This document shows, piece after piece, positions 19,824 through 31,700 of a stretch of DNA of 64,000 nucleotides; within the stretch, counting starts at the first letter, position 1; every line of letters starts with the position of its first letter. This DNA is from Promethearchaeota archaeon (GTDB lineage Archaea > Asgardarchaeota > Lokiarchaeia > Sigyniarchaeales > SOKP01), in assembly GCA_016839555.1 (NCBI GenBank), contig JAEOUA010000006.1:480001-544000 (forward strand). Direction: 5' to 3'. A program made the translations under genes and the position numbers. Under the pieces are notes generated by a model. It was not told where the DNA came from, made no database searches, and saw only the letters and a list, made by a program, of their open reading frames with translations.

Positions 19824-21959
19824 TCAGAGTTCTTTTTTAGTAAATTTAATATGACCTACTTTAGGGCTATATAAAGTGCCCTCTTCTAATAATTCATCAA
19901 TAGCATTTTTGATAAATTCTTTATCGAGATTTGCTTCTAAGTCAAGGATTTGAATTACGCTTTTTTTCTCAAGCATCTTCCATTTGTTTTCCTCGAAAAT
20001 TTCCTTAAGTCTTGTCATTAAGGTATCAAGTTTATTTAATTTACTACGAGATTCCCCAACAAATATTCTATCCATATCAATCTTACCGGTGCTTTCATCG
20101 TAACCTGTATCTTTCAAATAGCGTTTAAATAATTTAATAATTTCTTCCACATCTTCTTTTATTACTTTCTCTCTAAGAGCCATTTTGGCATATGCTTCGC
20201 TTAATCTCACTAATCCATCTAAATTTCTTGCCAATATTGAGATAATCGCATCTTCACTTTCATATTTTCCGCGCAACTCCAAATAAAAACCTTTAATACG
20301 TTCTTTAGCTTCATTTGTTAAAATAGGTTTACAATTTCTCTTTGCATATTTTATATATTTTTTTAATAATTCATGAGGGATAGGAGCTATTAATTTTTCC
20401 TGTTCATCTTGATTAATTTCGCTCTCAACATTCGACATCGCAGTCTGCAATATAAATTCTGCCATTTGTGCATCATCTGCTCTATTTGGTCTGTCAATAA
20501 CTACAAAGATCAAATCAAATCTCGATAATAAAGAAGGGGGTAATCTAATGTTCTGAGTGGGAGTTTTATAAATATCATATCTCCCAGAGTAGGGGTTTGC
20601 CGCTGCTATTATAGCAGTTTCCGCTTTGAGAGTTGCTACAATGCCTGCTTTGGCTATACTAATTGTTTGTTGTTCCATTGCTTCGTGCAGAGCAGATCTA
20701 TCAGCGGAATCCATCTTATCAAATTCATCAATCGCCGCAACTCCTCCATTAGCTAAGACCATTGCGCCTGCTTCAAGATTCATCTGACCGGTATCTGCAT
20801 CTTTAATAACTGCCGCAGTTAATCCCACAGCCGTGGAACCTTTACCTGACGTATATAATCCTCGTGGAGATTTTTCTACGGCATCCTTCAGAATTTCACT
20901 CTTTCCGGTCCCAGGATCCCCTACAAATAACACATGGATGTCTCCTCTTTTATATCCTCCTCCTGGTTTTCTTTTTTTAGTACCCCCAAATAAGCTTAAA
21001 GCGCAAGCTATTTTGAGATCATCTCTGCCATAAATCGTTGGGGCTATAGATCGTGCAATTTTTTTCTGAATCATAGGTTCTTTTGCCAGTTTTAATATTT
21101 CCTCTTTTTCTTCTTTGGTTATATCAATATCTTGGTCGCTCTTTTCTTCGGGATCAATATAATTAACTTCAATATACGTTTTAAAAAGCGTAGAATTTTG
21201 ATTTCGCATAGAAGTGGCGAGCACTGATTTAAAGATACCAATTACATTGACCCTATCTCCTGGTTTTACATAATCTACCAAATCATGCTTTAAGATAGCC
21301 TGAACAGATCGTGGCATTCTTCCGGGTGGTAAATCCTCCGGAATTTCTTGAATAGTAATACTTTGCCAATCAACAAATTCTGACATTTTAGTAATAAGGC
21401 GAAAATCAGATTTAGCTTTAGCCTTACAAGATTTATTAATACAAAAACGAGGCCATTTAATACTTGATGTTAATTGAATTATTTCAAATGTGGCCCCGCA
21501 CATTAGGCATTCGAAAGTTGCAATTTTCAATCGAGGCCTAACTGCAGAGCTCCTGATTGTTATCCCGTTTAACCATACTAACTTATCAATATTTTTTGCT
21601 CGTAGCCCCCTAATTGGTATTCCTAACGTACTTTTTTCATCTTTTGTTGAAACTCGTACAAAATAATTCTCGTAACTTAATTTTTTTCCAGAATAAAATT
21701 TAAGAACTTTTTTATAAGCTTCTACAGCGTCATCTAAATAAGATTCAGGATCCCTTCTCAATTTTTCTGCTATTTTTGGGTCAAACGCAAGTAGATCTTC
21801 ATATAATATGTGTAAGGTATTGCCTCCTTTCGCATCAATATCTTTAATTTGATCTTGATACTTAAATTCTCCTGGGGTATCCTCAAACAACCGATAAAAA
21901 TCCTCAAACCTCTGAACGGGATTAATAGGTGTTGTTGGAGATGAAACTGGTGTTGTCAT
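19824..21959 (-). CDS. mcm: MCM replicative helicase
   Basis: Zn finger CLMC...CINKSC, Walker A GDPGTGKS, IDEFDKM, Arg finger SRFD, C-terminal WH; no intein. Confidence 0.97.
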   Translation of the reverse strand: MTTPVSSPTTPINPVQRFEDFYRLFEDTPGEFKYQDQIKDIDAKGGNTLHILYEDLLAFDPKIAEKLRRDPESYLDDAVEAYKKVLKFYSGKKLSYENYFVRVSTKDEKSTLGIPIRGLRAKNIDKLVWLNGITIRSSAVRPRLKIATFECLMCGATFEIIQLTSSIKWPRFCINKSCKAKAKSDFRLITKMSEFVDWQSITIQEIPEDLPPGRMPRSVQAILKHDLVDYVKPGDRVNVIGIFKSVLATSMRNQNSTLFKTYIEVNYIDPEEKSDQDIDITKEEKEEILKLAKEPMIQKKIARSIAPTIYGRDDLKIACALSLFGGTKKRKPGGGYKRGDIHVLFVGDPGTGKSEILKDAVEKSPRGLYTSGKGSTAVGLTAAVIKDADTGQMNLEAGAMVLANGGVAAIDEFDKMDSADRSALHEAMEQQTISIAKAGIVATLKAETAIIAAANPYSGRYDIYKTPTQNIRLPPSLLSRFDLIFVVIDRPNRADDAQMAEFILQTAMSNVESEINQDEQEKLIAPIPHELLKKYIKYAKRNCKPILTNEAKERIKGFYLELRGKYESEDAIISILARNLDGLVRLSEAYAKMALREKVIKEDVEEIIKLFKRYLKDTGYDESTGKIDMDRIFVGESRSKLNKLDTLMTRLKEIFEENKWKMLEKKSVIQILDLEANLDKEFIKNAIDELLEEGTLYSPKVGHIKFTKKEL

Positions 21960-22175
21960 AAAAAATCAATATTTTTTCAATTATATGTAAGAAATTATTT
22001 ACAATCCTATTTTAAATCTAATATTAAAAGGATAATTTATTAAACAGATAATAGGCTTTATATAAAAAATATGAGAGAGCAGAAATTTAGTGAATAATTA
22101 AAACTAACTAGATTAAGATTAGAACTGAAAATCAAAAATCAAAATAGTATTTTTCAACAAGATTAATAAAATAGC

Positions 22176-25100
22176 TTATAAGTAATTTTTAAGATTATGA
22201 AGAGCCTTACATACTATTTGGTCTTGGGACATCTTGCATCTTATTTCAAGTACTGAAATGATACGCTTTTTAATATCCTCCTCTTCATATTTAGCAACAC
22301 GGTCTAAAAGTTTGGCGATAGATTGTTGAAGCGCAATACTATATTCATCGCTAAGATATTTCAACAAATCCGAGAGTAAATTTTTCAGTCCTTTCGCCCT
22401 AATAATAGAAACCATACTGGCGATCATTTTATTTCTCACATTTTCAGAGGGATCTTCCAATAAGGAAATAATTTCATCAAAAATTGGTTCAATGGGTTCT
22501 TTATCATATTTTTGTAATAATTTTGCGGTTGCCTCTCTTACTTCATCACTTTTATGGTCTATATTCTCTTTAATTTTATCTATGGGTAAATCTGATATTT
22601 TAATTTCTTCGATTTCAGATAAAAGGTTTAAAACAGATCTTCTTACCCAAGGTTTCCTATCATCAAGCAGAGTTTTTAATTTTTCTATTATAAATGTTTT
22701 GTTTTTTATTTGGTGGATTATTTTACCTAAGCTTTCAACTGCTGCTTCTCTTACAATCCATTCTTCATCGGTTAGAGCTTTATTTAATAATGAATCCACT
22801 ATTTCTTTATAATTATCAATCTCCATTCCGATTTGTCCTAATATTTTTGTAGCGGTTTCCCTGATAAAGGGATCTTTCTCAGAGAATAGCCCAATAATAA
22901 CTTCTTTATTAATAAGATGTGGAGATTCTTGTACAATTTGAAATAAAGATTTTATTAAAGTAATTTTTACAGAAGTTTCTTGATCCTCAAAAAGAGCGGA
23001 TATCTCAGGAATAATGGGTTGAATTGCTTTTGGATTGATTTTTGCAACTTTAGTTAAAATTTTTGAACTTTGGTTTTTTATTATGGGGTCTGTAGATTGC
23101 TTTAAAACAGAAACAAAAGTTTCTAAATTAATATATTTAGGGAACTTTTCCACTATTTCTTCTAAAGCAGATAATGCATTTAATTGAGCTTCCTTTTTGT
23201 CAAAGCTTCTGAAATCATTTAATCTTGGGATAACATCCTCGGGATATTTTTCCGCGATATTTATTAATGTTCTTGAAATAATTCCTTTTAATAAATACTT
23301 AGAAGTATCAGGTATATTGATTAGCTTTTCAAAGATAATATCCGGATTTAACTCATATTTTCTTAAAATAATATTTGAGACTGTCTCTTTTACTTTATTA
23401 TTATCGAATTTTAAATATTCAAATAAAGTATTAAGAATTTTTTCTGGATCCTTATTCCAAAAGCTTCCCTTTTTATTCCAAAAATCTCCTAATAAATTTA
23501 AAATATCTATTAAATTATGTATCTTTTCATAATCAATCCTTTTAATAATCTGATCTACATCAATAATACTCGATTTTTCATCATAATATTTTCTTAATAC
23601 TGAGATTGAAGCTCTTCTTAGATCATCATTGGTATCTTCTAAAGCATTATAGAAGGGAATTAAAGGTAGAGAATATTTTTTCAAATTTTCAAGCTTAGAA
23701 AAAGTCTCAAATACAGATGTTCTGACTATATTCGAAGGATCTTTCATATGTGAAATTAGACTTTCTATTAATTTATTTTTCTGTTCAATATCTTGAATAT
23801 TTTTGAGGTTCTTGATGGCTGAAGCTCTTATATATTTATTACTATGATCTATTTTATCAATTAAAATCTCTGTTGGAATTGAATATGAAGATTCCCCTAG
23901 AATTTTCAGAGTTTGGACTTGTACATTAACATCAGGATCCTCTAACAGATTCTCAAAATTTAGATTTTTAATAAAATTTTTATCATATTTAAGCACTCTT
24001 GATAAGATTTTTAAGGAAATCAATCTTAATCTCCATTCAGAATCATTAGTTAATTTAATTAATATATTGTATGGAATTTTCCTTATTAGTTCTATTTTTG
24101 AGGCTAACAACGATCTACCTATTGAAAGATTTTTTTCATAATTAGGCGAACTTAAAGATTCAATAATCCACGATAATATCTTCTCGGGTATTTCTCTTTC
24201 CAGATGATTTAAAATTTTCAAACTAATCTTCCTCGCATTTTGATTTGGATCACTTAAACCATCTAATAAAGGATATTTGTATTTTATTTCATTGATATCA
24301 ACATCGATTTTAATGGGTATTCTTTCATACATATTAATTAAAGTTTGCTCAGCATGGTTCCTTAGTTGGGGATTATTACTTTTTATTAAATTAAATAATG
24401 GAATTGGGTCAAAAGATCGTCCGCATTCTTCAATTTTAGAATGCATGAAATTGATATTAAAAGTGCTTTTTCTTGCTAAAAAATAGTAAGAAGTAAAAAT
24501 AATTAATAATATTTCCTCTATTATCGCGGGAATTGCAAATAATAAAAAATTAGTAGAAATTGGCGCGGTTAATGACCATGAATTAAAGGTGGGTTTCAAT
24601 TTATTAATATTTACAATTAAAAAATTAACAAAAACATTAATCCCGACCGCAGCCATAAGATAGGCAGCAAAATTGATATCGATCGCTCTATACTGGATTT
24701 TTCTACCCCAAAATCGCGTGAAATACCCAATAACCCCAAAAAGAAGAGTTATAAATACCATTCCAGAATATGAATATGGCGAAATCGCCATCTCCCCTTT
24801 AAATAAAAAGATAAGAGTCTGAAACGAGGAGATCCATTGCCAGATAAATACAAATAACATCATACCAATAAGTATTCTTGAGATCGGGTCATTAAAGAAC
24901 TCTTTTGTGGCTCTTTGACTATCTTCTAATCCAACAAAAAGAGATCTATTCATATCAGGAATATGTAGATACGCATTAGATATTCCCGCTATATATCCTT
25001 TTGCTCCATAATAAGTTAAAATCATCAAAGGGTAGACTAAAAACCATATACACCACATTAATATAAGAGGTATCCCTGTCAATGAAAGTAAAAAAGGAGG

Positions 25101-25562
25101 AAATAAAAAAACTCCAAAATAGAATCCTAGTGCGATTAATACTGATAAAATTTTTGAATTATATCTATTGATGATTTTTTTCCCTAAAATTTTATGAAAG
25201 ATTGTTAAGCCCTCTTTTGATTCTGAACTTAATGCCAAATATAAGAAATCTATTAATGGATAAATTGTAATATAAATTAAGCATACCGTAAGGGGAATAA
25301 GTAAAGAAAAGGGATGTATCTCTTTAGGTGGTTCGACATTGCTAGCCTCCCATAAATCGGGAGATTTCACAGCAAAGATAAATGCCATTGCCATTACAAC
25401 CATCACGGCGAAAGAAAAAATCATTCCATAGAAGATACATTTTAAAATATCTATTATTGAAAATTCTCCTTTTTTAATTAATGCCACTTGCCTGTATATA
25501 ATATAAAACCCTATAATCCACACTATTATAAAAATAATGAATAATGAGAGTTCGGCAATCAA
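22176..25562 (-). CDS. Polytopic membrane protein fused to a long HEAT-repeat alpha-solenoid
   Basis: About 360 N-terminal residues of hydrophobic segments, then repeated L.D....VR..A...L units (LTDEEWIVREAAVESLG, LLDDRKPWVRRSV, LLEDPSENVR). Confidence 0.85.
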   Translation of the reverse strand: MIAELSLFIIFIIVWIIGFYIIYRQVALIKKGEFSIIDILKCIFYGMIFSFAVMVVMAMAFIFAVKSPDLWEASNVEPPKEIHPFSLLIPLTVCLIYITIYPLIDFLYLALSSESKEGLTIFHKILGKKIINRYNSKILSVLIALGFYFGVFLFPPFLLSLTGIPLILMWCIWFLVYPLMILTYYGAKGYIAGISNAYLHIPDMNRSLFVGLEDSQRATKEFFNDPISRILIGMMLFVFIWQWISSFQTLIFLFKGEMAISPYSYSGMVFITLLFGVIGYFTRFWGRKIQYRAIDINFAAYLMAAVGINVFVNFLIVNINKLKPTFNSWSLTAPISTNFLLFAIPAIIEEILLIIFTSYYFLARKSTFNINFMHSKIEECGRSFDPIPLFNLIKSNNPQLRNHAEQTLINMYERIPIKIDVDINEIKYKYPLLDGLSDPNQNARKISLKILNHLEREIPEKILSWIIESLSSPNYEKNLSIGRSLLASKIELIRKIPYNILIKLTNDSEWRLRLISLKILSRVLKYDKNFIKNLNFENLLEDPDVNVQVQTLKILGESSYSIPTEILIDKIDHSNKYIRASAIKNLKNIQDIEQKNKLIESLISHMKDPSNIVRTSVFETFSKLENLKKYSLPLIPFYNALEDTNDDLRRASISVLRKYYDEKSSIIDVDQIIKRIDYEKIHNLIDILNLLGDFWNKKGSFWNKDPEKILNTLFEYLKFDNNKVKETVSNIILRKYELNPDIIFEKLINIPDTSKYLLKGIISRTLINIAEKYPEDVIPRLNDFRSFDKKEAQLNALSALEEIVEKFPKYINLETFVSVLKQSTDPIIKNQSSKILTKVAKINPKAIQPIIPEISALFEDQETSVKITLIKSLFQIVQESPHLINKEVIIGLFSEKDPFIRETATKILGQIGMEIDNYKEIVDSLLNKALTDEEWIVREAAVESLGKIIHQIKNKTFIIEKLKTLLDDRKPWVRRSVLNLLSEIEEIKISDLPIDKIKENIDHKSDEVREATAKLLQKYDKEPIEPIFDEIISLLEDPSENVRNKMIASMVSIIRAKGLKNLLSDLLKYLSDEYSIALQQSIAKLLDRVAKYEEEDIKKRIISVLEIRCKMSQDQIVCKALHNLKNYL

Positions 25563-25677
25563 ATATAATCACAGAAAATAATAATTCAATAATAATTAAA
25601 TAATTAAATCATTAAATAATTAAATCATTTAGAATATTAAATTTATTTTAATTATAAAAATCTATTGAGTTCAAGAT

Positions 25678-26235
25678 TTGAAATTAAGCAAAGATATAAG
25701 AGAAGATCTTAATAGAATTAATTTTTTATATAAAAATCAGACTATTTTAACGGAATGTTTACAAGATTATAAGGGTTTTTCAATACTAAATAAAAAATTT
25801 GGGCCTTTTATAAAAAGCAAGAATTATAGATTAAAGTACTTTTTAGCTCTTCCTTTTATCGCAAAAAATATCTTACAAATCGTTCCAGAGGAAAAGTGCG
25901 ATAATATGGATGTACAGAGATTTGCAATAAAAGAAAGAGACGATCATCAGTTAACAGAAGTAGAGAATCCACTTTTTTTAAATAAGATTAAACAATTTAA
26001 ATTCTTCATGGAAAAATCTATTGAACAAGCCAAAAAACCAAAACAAATGATGGATCTTTATAATTCTTATATGGCAAATATAGTAGATACTAGATTATTA
26101 AAACTATTAAGATTATCTCAAACAGAATTAACAGAGCTTACCGAAAAAAGGTTAACTACTTCTGAAAAAATATTATATAAAGAAATCTATAAAATTATAA
26201 ATTCTTGGCGAGAATTCTTTTTATCAAACGATTAA
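25678..26235 (+). CDS. GINS subunit, Gins23/Psf2 type (B-A domain order)
   Basis: N-terminal KFGPF......KYFLALPF (Psf2-like GPF..vplwLA), C-terminal DTRLLKLLRL...LTTSEKILY...SWR; close to mcm. Confidence 0.75.
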   Translation: MKLSKDIREDLNRINFLYKNQTILTECLQDYKGFSILNKKFGPFIKSKNYRLKYFLALPFIAKNILQIVPEEKCDNMDVQRFAIKERDDHQLTEVENPLFLNKIKQFKFFMEKSIEQAKKPKQMMDLYNSYMANIVDTRLLKLLRLSQTELTELTEKRLTTSEKILYKEIYKIINSWREFFLSND

Positions 26236-26242
26236 AGAGAAA

Positions 26243-26938
26243 TTATTCAAGTAAATTCAAGCGATTCACTCCATATTCTTCGAAATATTTTTCAACTTTT
26301 CTAGCAATCGATTTATCAATATTAAATTTTTCGTAAACTCTAGGTAACAGTTCTAGTGCATCACTCATCGCATAGTAGGAAATTTCTCTCTGGTTTAATA
26401 TTTCCTCAATGGTTTTTCCATCTGGTCTTAATTCATTCCTATTAGTCAAACTGATCGTTGCTTTTATTTTTATATTTAATTCTACGAGTTGATTTATTAG
26501 TTTTAATAATGATTCTCCTGTTGTTGTCACATCTTCAAGAATAATAATATTACCTTCTGGAATCCCAATATATACTTTATCCTTTGGATCTCCGTGTTTT
26601 TTTATTTTCCCACGCGCCATTGATAGTATATAATTTCTTGTTTCAAAGTCTTTTTGCCTTCTTGCCCATTTATATTGAGTTATAATTCCCAATTTTGTAG
26701 CCCCTTCGGCTACCCCAATAATGCAATCAAATTTTAATTTCAATTCTTCAACAAAGGATATTACATATTCCGTTAATTTATCTATAAGAAAAACATTAGA
26801 GGAAATATCGCGCCAATTTACATAAAAATAGGATAATCTTCCAGATTTTAATTTAATTGGTTCGTTAAAGAATCCAATCACATCATTATCTATAATAAAT
26901 TGATAAAAATCCTCTTTACACTTATAAGATAATGTCAT
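26243..26938 (-). CDS. pyrE: Orotate phosphoribosyltransferase
   Basis: LKSGRLSYFY, RGKIKKHG, PRPP loop ILEDVTTTGES. Confidence 0.88.
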   Translation of the reverse strand: MTLSYKCKEDFYQFIIDNDVIGFFNEPIKLKSGRLSYFYVNWRDISSNVFLIDKLTEYVISFVEELKLKFDCIIGVAEGATKLGIITQYKWARRQKDFETRNYILSMARGKIKKHGDPKDKVYIGIPEGNIIILEDVTTTGESLLKLINQLVELNIKIKATISLTNRNELRPDGKTIEEILNQREISYYAMSDALELLPRVYEKFNIDKSIARKVEKYFEEYGVNRLNLLE

Positions 26939-26951
26939 CTTTCTTTATAAA

Positions 26952-27476
26952 TCACCTATTATCGCGAAATGTTAGGTATTCTTTTCTGACTTTTGCGTAT
27001 TCTTCTGCAGTAATTTTACCTTCTAAAAACAAGTCTTCTTTTTCTTTCATAATTTTTCTCCTTTTATTTAATTCTTTTCTCCTTTCTTCTTTTCTGAAAA
27101 GATCTAAAATATTATCAGCAAGCTCCTTTATCTCCTTATTTTTATTATTCATAAGATCTTCCAAATAGGGCTTAATAGGACGTGTCATATCCAGATTGTC
27201 ATTAGCTATTTTCTCTATTCTTTTTAAAGCCTCGATAATTTCTTCTTTATTTTCACCTTCTAATACTTCAATTAATCGAGGAATGGCCACTTCTTCCAGT
27301 ACTTCATCAAGATATTTACTAATTTCTTTTTCTACTTTCGTATCATTATAGCTTTCAAGCTTATTATTCCTAATATATTCAATAAAAATAAGTGGAAGTT
27401 CTACAGGCCAATCCATCATTTTGTTTTTATCTATTAATTGAACAATTGATCCGTCTTTTTTACGAAATAATCTCAT
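26952..27476 (-). CDS. Hypothetical protein with short HEAT repeat and C-terminal SHOCT-like helix
   Basis: AIPRLIEVL...ALKRI HEAT-like unit; EGKITAEEYAKVRKEYL tail; AGGTGA SD; lies in the top6B-top6A-orf-pyrE run. Confidence 0.6.
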   Translation of the reverse strand: MRLFRKKDGSIVQLIDKNKMMDWPVELPLIFIEYIRNNKLESYNDTKVEKEISKYLDEVLEEVAIPRLIEVLEGENKEEIIEALKRIEKIANDNLDMTRPIKPYLEDLMNNKNKEIKELADNILDLFRKEERRKELNKRRKIMKEKEDLFLEGKITAEEYAKVRKEYLTFRDNR

Positions 27477-27493
27477 TTAATCACCTTGTCTAA

Positions 27494-28681
27494 TTATATC
27501 CAATCTCCAGTTGTTAATTTCTCTGGGAGATATTTCTCAGTTAAAAATTCAAATCCATGAGAAGAAAGTGCTTGAATCTCTGCTTTTTTCTTATATTTTA
27601 GTGCTAATTTTAAATCTTTCTCCCATTCTGGATTATTTCTAATATATTCTTCTCTTAATAATTCTTCTGTTCTTTTAATATCGTTTTTTGTCATTGGTAT
27701 ACGGCAATCATCTGGAACCTTATATTTATCAAGATCCCTCGTTAATACCCCTAAAAGTTTAATATCAGGGGTCGCAAGGAAGGGAGATTCATAAGATAAT
27801 CTTTTAGAGCCCCGCATATATACTGAATGTATGTAATGTCCATAAGGGTCACTATCCACTAAACTAAAGACTGGTAATTTTAATTCATTTCTTAATCTTT
27901 TTAAGAACATTCGAACAGCTACGTTTCCTACACCTTGAGAAGTTAAAATAATACAAGGATATTGTCTCCAGAATCTAGATTCTGCTAATCTCATCATTGC
28001 AGCATCTTTTTCAACTACTAGGATAAATTCTGCATCAGATTCGATAATTTCGATGTCATCAAGCATTGGACTAATACCCCATCCCCCACTACCTAGCCCT
28101 TCTAGATCTATTATATCATTTCTGTCTCTAATACGTAATCTGCCAACACAAGAGCCTCTTGCAGAGGCAACCACATGAGTGGAATTTCTAGTAGTATATA
28201 GCATTGTAGATGCGTCTTCAATACTTTTATCACTATTCTTTTGGTCCTTAAATAATTTTACATCAGTATAAAAGATTTCACGCTTAGTTGCATGAATGTT
28301 TTTTTTTAATAATTCATTTATAATTTCCATAACACGCATTAATCTCGTGATGTCTGCTACGCTTGTTAATGAATGAAATTGCTTTTTTTGAATTTGTTTT
28401 CCAAGAAGAAGGAGGTCGGATTTATCGTCCCATATAATATTTGAATTCGATCTTGAAGGCAATTCAATAACCGGTTCGCCTGTTGCATATATTTCTTCAA
28501 TCATTTCATCTACTAAATCATATAAGCGTTCTAAAGCTTCTTTTCTTTTTAAATCATCGATTTTTATTGAGTCTTCTGGCAATTCTATTGCTAAAAATTT
28601 TTGTTCTTCTTTTAAAATTTCATTCATTAAATCTCTTGTTGCTTTTAGATCCCATTCTTTCGCTTTTTCTTTATTTGACAT
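27494..28681 (-). CDS. top6A: DNA topoisomerase VI subunit A (Spo11 homologue)
   Basis: TKREIFY (catalytic Tyr), VEKDA, DSDPYG (Toprim DxD), KAEIQAL. Confidence 0.96.
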   Translation of the reverse strand: MSNKEKAKEWDLKATRDLMNEILKEEQKFLAIELPEDSIKIDDLKRKEALERLYDLVDEMIEEIYATGEPVIELPSRSNSNIIWDDKSDLLLLGKQIQKKQFHSLTSVADITRLMRVMEIINELLKKNIHATKREIFYTDVKLFKDQKNSDKSIEDASTMLYTTRNSTHVVASARGSCVGRLRIRDRNDIIDLEGLGSGGWGISPMLDDIEIIESDAEFILVVEKDAAMMRLAESRFWRQYPCIILTSQGVGNVAVRMFLKRLRNELKLPVFSLVDSDPYGHYIHSVYMRGSKRLSYESPFLATPDIKLLGVLTRDLDKYKVPDDCRIPMTKNDIKRTEELLREEYIRNNPEWEKDLKLALKYKKKAEIQALSSHGFEFLTEKYLPEKLTTGDWI

Positions 28682-28702
28682 CTATTACCACCTATTTTTA
28701 AT

Positions 28703-31700
28703 TTATTTTAATTTCCAATACTTTTTACCTTTTTTAGTTTGAAGGATTATTTCTCCTTTTCTTTCTAATTCTTTTAATTTTACTTGCAGCAATCTCGCAT
28801 CAAGCATATCTTTTATTCTCATTTTAAAGATTAATTGTTTGATTGTTTGCCACTCTTTGTTATCTAATGCCTTTAAAATTCCATCTGTAGTAATAATTGG
28901 CAATTTTGTTTGCATTGTTGTAGGATATTTTGGTATGACTTTTGGTTTGATTTTTTCTTTTTTAACTTTTTCAATTCTTTTAACCATTTTTTTCTTTTCT
29001 TCAGCCTTTTCTCGCTTCTGTTCTTTTTCGACTTTACCAACCGATTGTTGGATTAAGTCCATTATTTCTGCTTTCCTTACCTTTGATGGTACTTCTATCT
29101 TATTCTCTTTTGCAATATGTTTTAATTCTTTTATAGTATAATTCTCAAGGTTATGATAGTCTATTTCCTTTAGTTCTTCTTTCTCTTCTATTTTCTCTTC
29201 TTTTTTCTTTTCTTTTACTATCTCTATTTTTTCTTCCTTTATTTTTTTTTCTTCTTTTAATTTCTTTTCATCGTCCTCTATTTTTGCTTTCTGCGGTATA
29301 ACTTTTGCTTCAATAGTTTTTAAGGAAATTTCTTCAGTCAAACCATGGATAACCTTTCCTATTGGAGCTTTTATTAATTTTTCTAATTCTTCTTTTTTTA
29401 TTTGATCTTTATACTTACTACCTTCTATTGCAATATTATAGAGACTTTCAACAAATTTAGGAATATATCTCTCAATTAAATTAGCTCTTTTTTCCTTTCT
29501 ACGAATTTTTGCTCTTCTATTTAGATAAACTCTTAGTCTTCTTCCAATGGCTTCTAAACAATATTTTATTTCATCCATTAAATTTTCGTCTTCTGCCAAT
29601 GAATTTTTAGACTGAGATTTAAACATCAAATGAACATATGGTCCAGAAACATTAACCAAAATTTTAATAGGTCCTTTAGGTAATCCATTATCGAAGGTGT
29701 CTAATTTATAATTTTTCCAATTGACATTCTTAACTGCGTTTGTTATAGCACAGCCTGCAGTATCTCTTAATTTAGGAGTTCTATTTACAAATCTTGATAA
29801 TACATCCCTCGATCTTTTGGGGACTTCTAAATTATTACTATATGCTAAAACTGCCTCTACAATATAAGCTAATCCTTTTCCACTTACGGGATCTCGTGTT
29901 TCAGCCCCTACAAAATCATCATCTGTAGTGAAATTTTCGACAAAATATTCAAAAATCTGTTTATACTCAATTTTTTCTGAAGCTTCAGCATTAGCTAAAG
30001 TATTATTAAACTCATCTTCAAACCCTTCTGGTTCAAAATTTCCATCTTCGAATATTAGTGAGGAAAGAACTTTAGAATTAGTAGTTATAATCTCACTTTT
30101 ATCGATTTGAATATTTTTTAAACTATCACTTACCTCCTCAGACCCTTCTAATACTCTCTGTTTCTTTTTTCTCCTTATTAATTTTTCTCGCATCGGTGTT
30201 AGATTTATTTCAGGAGTCCCGAAATCATCTAGATTTTCCGATACTTTTAAACCTAATTCTTTTATTAAAGTATTCTCTAATACAACATCTCCTACAGGTA
30301 CTACTGTATCAGTAGGAGGAGCCATATATTTCATTGATTTGAATGCAAAAAAAAGTGAATTAAACTGATTATTTGTTAATTCACTCGGTTTCGTATCTGA
30401 AATTTTAACAGCTTTTGCTTTATCCGTATATTCATTTACAATTTTTTTTGTCTTTATTTCATTTAATCCGTCATGTATATCCTTAAAAATTTTAGTAAGA
30501 TTATTTCTAATTTTATCCTTTTTTTTTTGAAACTCATCTATTTCCTCTCGAGATGCTCGGACATCTCGTTTAATATTTTTCTGTTCTTTTTTAGTATTAG
30601 CATCTTGGATATCTGCTTTTAATTTTTTTATTTTTTTATTAATATTATCAATCTTTTTATTATATTTTTGGAAATTTTTAATCTCATTCCAATATTTTTC
30701 TCTTAATTCGTTTGAGATAACTTCATAGAGAATTAATTTTTTTCTTGGTTTATTGGATTTTCCATATATCCTATTCTCATATCGTAAGTAATATATTTTA
30801 TCCTCTTGTTTTTTCGCTTTAGCTATGAAGCTATCTTCAAGAATAAGTAGATCTAATTGATCTTGTAAATCTTTCTCTGCTAAATCAACTACCTCTTTTG
30901 CGGTATTATAACTCATTCTCACAAAATTATCTTGAAGAAATGAGGTAAAAGCAAGATGATCTGATTTTGCTAATAAATCTTGAAGATCTCCAATATTAGT
31001 TGATGATGGATGAGGTTTTGCATATTTAGGTTCAGCTGGAAAAGGAGAAACTTTTCTTGGATAAATATGTTCTTCGTTATAAGGATCTATATAAATTATT
31101 GTGACATGAGGATTCATTAAAGCTGTTTCTTTAACATATACATCTACATATCCTCTATTATATTTAACATTAAGATAGTTGAGCTTAGTATAAGTTCCAT
31201 GTAGAAAAGAAACGTCAATTTCTGTGGGATTCACTACATATCTTTTTTCATTTTTTGAAGTAGTAAAGAATTCTGAAGCTGTCGCATATAAATTATCTGA
31301 GGTTTTTGAAACTGTCACAATTGGTTTTCCCGTGGTGTTTTGAGCATCGCTAAAAGCACTAGGAGCTCCAAATCCTTGACTCCCTCGTGTTTGTTTTAAT
31401 TCCATACTTTTAGAAGAAGCAAGATATTTTCCAAATTTTTCTAAATCTGAAGGACCCATTCCGAGACCATTATCAAATACTTCAAATTTATAACTCATTA
31501 TATTTTTAGCGTCTATTTCTCCAGTTAATAATGAATGTGCTTCTGATTCTGTAATTCTTATAATAACAAGTGGTTCTTTATCAATGATATTAATATGATC
31601 TACAGGTTTTATAAGACTCTCCATATCTTCAACAATTTTTTTAACCTCTATTTCTTCAATCTCTTCTTTCTTTTTAGGCAGAGCTTTTTCTGTTTTTGAT

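Noticed and set aside
19824-21959. Inteins in MCM or Top6B inserts
   Set aside because: MCM has normal length; Top6B inserts lack C/S...HN-C/S/T splice motifs and LAGLIDADG motifs
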